64,000 nt of DNA from the NCBI GenBank assembly GCA_963733985.1, contig CAVTFF010000003.1:101619-165618 (forward strand), read 5' to 3'. The position numbers and the translations under genes are program-made. Of the stretch, positions 59,241-64,000 are shown one piece after another. How positions within the stretch are numbered: the first letter of the stretch is position 1; the number at the start of each line of letters is the position of its first letter. Under the pieces are notes generated by a model. The model searched no databases, was not told the origin of the DNA, and worked only from the letters and a program-made list of their open reading frames with translations. The stretch comes from an uncultured beta proteobacterium (GTDB lineage: Bacteria > Pseudomonadota > Gammaproteobacteria > Burkholderiales > Casimicrobiaceae).

Positions 59241-59777
59241 ATGCCGTTGGCGGTTCGCCGCCCCCGGCGGCATCGTCGTGATGGGACGCGTGATTGCGCC
59301 CTACGGCGTTCGCGGCTGGGTCAAGGTCCGGCCGCTCTCGGCAGCGCCCGATGCATTGTTGGGCTTCGCGAGTGGTGGGTGCGGCCGGGCGCGATTCGAC
59401 CTGGCGGGAAGTACGACGGGTTGCGGGGCGCATGCATGCGGATGCGCTGGTTGCGGAGCTGGCTGGCATCGAGACGCGGGAGGCGGCGCTGGCGCTCAAG
59501 GCTCCGAGGTCGGCGTGCCGCGTGCCGCGCTGCCTGCGGCCGGGCCGGCGAGATCTACTGGGCCGATCTGGTCGGCATGACCGTGGTCAACCGCGAGGGC
59601 GTGACGCTCGGCGAGGTATCCGGCATCACCGAACATGGCGCGCATCCGCTGCTGCGCGTGGCGCGCCCCGGGGCTGCCCCGGGTCCCGAGCGATTGATCC
59701 CGTACGTGGCGGCGATCGTGGATCGCGTGGATCAGGTCGGGCACGGATCGACGTCGATTGGGGTCGAAGACTACTGA
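59241..59777 (+). CDS. rimM: 16S rRNA processing protein RimM (heavily frame-disrupted)
   Basis: ...[20 protein letters not shown]..., ...[23 protein letters not shown]..., ...[36 protein letters not shown]..., ...IDVDWGEDY. About 5 frame changes. The start at ATG 59241 is tentative. Confidence 0.8.
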   Translation: MPLAVRRPRRHRRDGTRDCALRRSRLGQGPAALGSARCIVGLREWWVRPGAIRPGGKYDGLRGACMRMRWLRSWLASRRGRRRWRSRLRGRRAACRAACGRAGEIYWADLVGMTVVNREGVTLGEVSGITEHGAHPLLRVARPGAAPGPERLIPYVAAIVDRVDQVGHGSTSIGVEDY

Positions 59778-60535
59778 TGCGCATCGACGTCGTCACGCTG
59801 TTCCCGGAAATGGTCGAGCATGCCGCGCGCTTCGGCGTGACCGGGCGGGCGCTGGAGCGGGGCTTTGGCGCCTGGGGACTGGAATCCGCGCGATTACGCA
59901 ACGGACAATTACCGGACGGTCGACGACCGGCCGTACGGCGGCGGGCCGGGGATGGTGATGCTGGCCGAGCCGCTCGCCAAGGCGCATGGCGGCGGCGCGC
60001 GGCGCGCAGCGAGCGGAAGGACTGGCGACGACCCGGACGATGCACCTGTCGCCGGCCGGCGCGCCGCTTACGCATCGCCGCGTCGCCGAGCTGGCGGCGG
60101 CGGCCGAGGGACCGGTTATGTGCTGCTGGCAGGGCGCTACGAAGGCATCGACGAGCGCTTTGTCGAGCAGAGGTCGACGAGGAGATCTCGATCGGGGATT
60201 TCGTCGTGTCGGGCGGCGAGTTGCCGGCGCTGATGCTGATCGACGCGATCGTGCGGCAGCGGCCCGGCGTGCTGAATGACGCGGAGTCGGCGGCGCAGGA
60301 TTCGTTCGTGGAAGGACTGCTCGATTGCCCGCATTACACGCGGCCGGAGCGCTACGAGGGCGAGCGCGTGCCGGACGTGCTGTTGTCGGGCCATCACGCG
60401 GCGATTCGCCGCTGGCGATTGAAGCAGGCGCTGGGTCGCACGTGCGAGCGGCGGCCGGACTGCTGCGCGAGCGGGCGCTGAGCGAGAAGAAGCAGCGCTG
60501 CTGCGGAGTATCGACGGGAAAGGGAAAGGCAGTAG
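59777..60535 (+). CDS. trmD: tRNA (guanine37-N1)-methyltransferase TrmD (heavily frame-disrupted)
   Basis: [99 protein letters not shown]...[17 protein letters not shown]. About 5 frame changes. Inferred stop is TAG 60533-60535. Confidence 0.85.
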
Positions 60536-60688
60536 AAGACACGAAGGTAGCAGCGAGGGTGCGGTGTGCCCTTTGCCACAACAACCCGCGCGCATCAGGG
60601 GGCGCCCTGCGCTGCGCGCGGTCCAACGCGTAGCATCACGCAACCGCGCGGAACGGGACACGAAGCCATCGACATTGGAGAACGCAGC

Positions 60689-61195
60689 ATGAACATCATC
60701 GAAACGCTCGAGAAGGAAGAAATCGCGCGGCTGGGCAAGACGATCCCCGAGTTCGCGCCCGGGGATACCGTCATCGTCAACGTCAACGTCGTCGAAGGCG
60801 AGCGCAAGCGCGTCCAGGCCTACGAAGGCGTCGTGATCGCCAAGCGCAATCGCGGCCTCAACTCCTCGTTCATCGTGCGCAAGATCTCGAGCGGCGAAGG
60901 CGTCGAGCGCACGTTCCAGACCTATTCGCCGCTGATCGCGTCGATCGAGGTCAAGCGCAAGGGCGACGTGCGGCGCGCGAAGCTCTATTACCTGCGCGAC
61001 CGCTCCGGCAAGTCGGCGCGGATCCGCGAAAAGCTCGCCCATACGCACGCGAAAAGCAGGGCGAGTAAGCGAGCCGGCCGAAGGCCAGGCGCGAAGCGCG
61101 CGTCGGCGAGCGACCGAGCGCGGCCGACGAAACGGCATAACGCGCAACGCCAAATGTGCGGAGGCCGCGGTGTGAGCACTTCGGGCGAGCGCTAG
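60689..61195 (+). CDS. rplS: 50S ribosomal protein L19 (ORF as printed carries about 40 extra C-terminal residues read from a repeat)
   Basis: [116 protein letters not shown]. After this the frame runs on to 61195. An out-of-frame TAA at 61066-61068 is the more plausible true end if there is one more indel. Confidence 0.88.
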   Translation: MNIIETLEKEEIARLGKTIPEFAPGDTVIVNVNVVEGERKRVQAYEGVVIAKRNRGLNSSFIVRKISSGEGVERTFQTYSPLIASIEVKRKGDVRRAKLYYLRDRSGKSARIREKLAHTHAKSRASKRAGRRPGAKRASASDRARPTKRHNAQRQMCGGRGVSTSGER

Positions 61196-61300
61196 CGAGC
61201 CCAGGCCCGCAGCGCGTCGGCGAGCGACCGAGCGCGGCCGGCAAGACGGCATAACGCGCAACGCCAAAACTGCGGAGGAAGCGAGCGGTGGCGAACCGTG
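61066..61300 (+). repeat. tandem family B-related repeat downstream of rplS
   Basis: Two units start TAAGCGAGCC (61066) and TAGCGAGCC (61193). A 67-nt core, GCGCGTCGGCGAGCGACCGAGCGCGGCCG...ACGGCATAACGCGCAACGCCAAA..TGCGGAGG, occurs at 61098-61164 and again at 61212-61278 (offset 114 nt, 5 mismatches by my count). Confidence 0.8.
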
Positions 61301-61480
61301 CATGGCTCCACAACACGGCAGGGGCGGCCGCGCGGTCGCCCTTGTTCATTTCCGATCGGCAAAATGCCTTCGCCTGAGGCTCGCCGGGTTCGGCCCGGTT
61401 TTTGCTTATGTGCTACTTGCTTCGGGATTGGTTTTCGCCGAACATTTCCGCGCTAAACTTCGTTTTTCAAACCGGGTCCG

Positions 61481-63300
61481 ATGAGAGCCACGCTCTACGA
61501 AGCGCTGGGCATCCCGCCGGCCGCCTCGGACGAGGAGGTCCGGGCCGCGCTGCGCCGGCTGATCCGCAAATATTACGCCAAGACCCGCGACGGCCAAGGC
61601 AACGTCGAAGAGGCGCTGCGCTTCATCAATCATGCCAGCCGCATACTGAGCGACCATGATCGCCGCGTGCGCTACGATCAGGAGCTTGCCGTCTCCGACG
61701 GCACTACCGAGCAGCGCATCGCCCATGTCGTGAGCAACGCGATGGCGGAAGCCGGCGAGCAGACCGACGTGCGGCCACCCGAGCCCGAGGCGGAGCCGGA
61801 CGAGATTCTCGAAACCGGCCTCGACGAACCGCCGGCCGAGCGAAACTTCCATCATCCCGGGCTGACCGAGCAGGTTGCGTCGTTCGGCCGCTCGCCGTTC
61901 GTGACGGCGGCGCTATGTGCGTTGTTCGCCGCGTTCATCGCCGCCGCGATCGTGTTCGTCACGCCCGCCGATACGGTGCTCGTCGCGAAGCAGGTGCTGG
62001 TGTGGCTCACGCTGTACCCTGCTCGCGCTGACGCTCGTCTACGGCGTCGTCCACGGGATCGCGTATGCGCGCCGGCGGCGGACCGTGCCCGGCCGGCGCT
62101 CGTGCCGCAGACCGACCTCGCGATCCTCAACTGGCGGCGCGAGAAGAGCGTCTTCCTCGGCACCAACCAGCCGCAGGAGGACGCGAGCTGGATCTTCCAG
62201 CTGCGCATGGCCGAGCTCGAGCGCGCGAAGGCGGGCCGCACGAGCGAACCGCGGCCCTGGCACCGGCTGGCGGCGCGGATGTTCGATTACGCGATCTGGG
62301 GGCTCGTGCTGGCGCTGCTGCTGTCCGAGCTGCGCGGCGTCGGCGTCGATGCCCGAGTCGCTCGCCGTATTGGCTCGGGCATCCGCTGGTCGCGCCCATG
62401 CTGATCACCGGCACCTGGGTCCCGATCGAGGCGCTGCTGATTGCCGCCGCTCGGCACGACGCCCGGCAAGTGGCTGTTCGGCTGCTACCTGCAGTTCTCG
62501 ATCTCCGACGCGTACGCGCGGCGCGACACGCGCGCGCAGCTCGAGCGCGGCGTTCGAGCGCGCGTTCCGCGTGTGGTGGGAAGGGCGTGGGCTGCGGCTT
62601 TCCGCTGCTCGCGCCGATCCTGATCGCGGTCGCCTACGAGAGGGTCGCGCAGAACCAGGAAACCGACTGGGATTTCGCGCAGGACTGCCTCGTCACGCAC
62701 GGCCCGCCCGGCGTGCTCAATACGGTGACGGGCGTGTGCGGGCTCGCGGCGATGCTGTGGCTCTACGGCGTCGCCTGGCATCAGCCGATGGCCGAGGCGA
62801 TCGCGCTGGGCGCGCGCGACGATCGCCGAGGCGCTCGCCCACCGCGCAATCGCTGTTCCCCGACGGATTGCACGGCGACGTCGGCGCAGTCACCGGCATC
62901 CGTCGGCGGGATCACGCAGCCGGCCCCGGCGGCGTCGCCGATCGCGCAGCCGCCGTGGTTCCTGCCGCGCGCCGCAGCGCCATCGGCGCGCCCATCGACG
63001 CGGAGATCGCCGCGATGTTCGCCGAGCGGCACGCGCGCGATCGAGGTGCTGAAGGTCGAAGGGCCGCGAATGCTGCGCGCCGGCAACTGGCGGCGCGCCG
63101 CCGAGCTGTGTCGCGCCTGGACCGATCTCGAGCTCGGCAATGCCGACGCATGGCGCTGTCTCGGCCAGGCGCAGCAGGCGCAGGGCTATCACCAGGATGC
63201 GATCAACGCGTTCCGCAAGGCGAAGCAGCACGATCCGACGGACCGCTCGCTCGACGCGGCGATCGACCGCAGCCAGAAGGGCATCGTCGCAGATTCCTGA
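61481..63300 (+). CDS. multidomain membrane protein: degenerate J-like domain, RDD-like TM region, C-terminal TPR (frame-disrupted)
   Basis: N-terminus LYEALGIPPAASDEEVRAALRRLIRKYYAKTRDGQGNVEEALRFINHASRILSDHDRRVRYD has a J-domain layout but no HPD. Middle: PWHRLAARMFDYAIWGLVLALLL...GTTPGKWLFG... (RDD-like). C-terminus: GNWRRAAELCRAWTDLELGNADAWRCLGQAQQAQGYHQDAINAFRKAKQHDP (TPR). About 5 frame changes. Confidence 0.6.
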
Positions 63301-63331
63301 ACCGCTATCGTCGCTGAGCGACGCCGCGAGA

Positions 63332-64000
63332 TCAGCCGCGATCGCACGCGAGCCACAGCGGCAGCGTGACGCCGCGAGCAGCGTTCCGCTCGAGATCAGC
63401 AGCGCCACCGGCGCGCCGTCGCCATTCATCTGCATCGCGAGGATGTAGGCCGACGGCGCCGTCGGCACGGCGGCCATCACGCACGGCGATCTGCACGCTC
63501 GAGCGAGCGAGAGCCGCGAGCGACGCGTCGCGAGCGCCAGCGCGATCGCCGGCAGCGCGACGAGCTTCACGCCGTTCCACCAGACGAAGCGCCGGCAGCG
63601 GCAGCGTGCCGCGCGCGAGCGCGAGGCCGCGCCGACGGCGAGCAGCCCGAGCGGCAGCGCCGCGGCCGCGAGCAGCTCGAGGATGTGCGCGATCGCGCCG
63701 GCAGCGGCACGCCCGCGAGCTTCCACGCGATGCCGGCCGCGCACGCGAGCACCAGCGGATTGCGCGCGAGCTCGCGCGCGATACGCCGCGTGCCGCGCTC
63801 GCGCGCGAGCATCGCCGACGGCGGCGACGTTGACGATCGGGCACGAGCACGCCGACGAGCAGGCTGATCGCGGCGACGCCCGGCGCGCCCGCGACGCGGC
63901 TCGCCGACCGCGAGCGCGATGTAGGTGTTGAAGCGGAAGCCGCACTGGAAGCATGCGGCGAACGTCGGCTGCGGCAGCCGCAACAGCGGCCGCGCGAGCC
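63332..64000 (-). CDS. AEC-family (auxin efflux carrier-like) transporter, 5'-partial at the window end (frame-disrupted)
   Basis: Fragments ...LPQPTFAACFQCGFRFNTYIALAV..., ...ARELARNPLVLACAAGIAWKLAGVPLP..., ...AHILELLAAAALPLGLLAVGA..., ...MAAVPTAPSAYILAMQMNGDGAPVALLISSGTLLAAVTLPLWLA. Stop at 63332. About 4 frame changes. Confidence 0.65.
   Translation of the reverse strand, partial: GSRGRCCGCRSRRSPHASSAASASTPTSRSRSASRVAGAPGVAAISLLVGVLVPDRQRRRRRRCSRASAARGVSRASSRAIRWCSRARPASRGSSRACRCRRDRAHPRAARGRGAAARAARRRRGLALARGTLPLPALRLVERREARRAAGDRAGARDASLAALARSSVQIAVRDGRRADGAVGLHPRDADEWRRRAGGAADLERNAARGVTLPLWLACDRG

Noticed and set aside
61098-61278. Direct repeats after rplS as a possible CRISPR array.
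   Set aside because: There are only two 67-nt units, they are imperfect, they have no regular short-repeat/spacer organisation, and no cas genes are present. They are related to the other intergenic repeats.

Overview
High-GC (about two-thirds G+C by eye) chromosomal window with betaproteobacterial (Burkholderiales-like) gene order; that taxonomic guess is inference only. I saw no transposase, integrase, CRISPR array, rRNA or tRNA.

Contents in order:
- 1-2.1 kb: two overlapping hypothetical genes and a DUF3330-like small Cys protein.
- 2.1-4.5 kb, minus strand: a FadL-type outer-membrane channel, a DsrE-like protein and TusA.
- 4.8-12.9 kb: a red-type form I RuBisCO operon, cbbL-cbbS-cbbX-fbp-prk-tkt (minus strand), with divergent cbbR.
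- 13-20 kb: tamB-tamA with a lipoprotein and a beta-barrel gene.
- 20.0-20.6 kb: about 560 bp of non-coding DNA holding a sigma70-like promoter and a phased GTGGG (MraZ-type) operator.
- 20.6-39.8 kb: the complete dcw cluster, mraZ-rsmH-ftsL-ftsI-murE-murF-mraY-murD-ftsW-murG-murC-murB-ddl-ftsQ-ftsA-ftsZ, then lpxC.
- 39.9-47.8 kb: a small membrane protein, a DUF721/DciA-like gene, an M23 peptidase, secA, argJ, a DUF815 ATPase and a Nudix/ThiE-like fusion.
- 47.8-54.9 kb: yacG, an opposite-strand FN3 plus Asp-box propeller lipoprotein, zapD, coaE and pilD-pilC-pilB.
- 55-64 kb: a CorC/HlyC-family transporter, a YpjD-like membrane protein, ffh, rpsP-rimM-trmD-rplS, a J-like/RDD/TPR membrane protein and a partial AEC-family transporter.

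Two points dominate:
1. Most long genes, including essential ones, can only be read by switching frame repeatedly. I estimate roughly 100 single-nucleotide frame disruptions, unevenly distributed. The junctions I resolved are 1-nt run extensions, so I treat these as sequence or assembly errors rather than pseudogenes. Coordinates for such genes are outer boundaries.
2. There are two families of GC-rich repeats that abut stop codons. One family shows compensatory stem changes and ends at the next gene's ATG. The other sits in the cbbL-cbbS spacer, after ftsZ, after rplS (tandem) and after tamB. I did not recognise these repeats as known elements; they are the most interesting unexplained signal.

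I found no obvious new multi-gene protein system. All calls come from reading the ORF track and the sequence; no searches were run.
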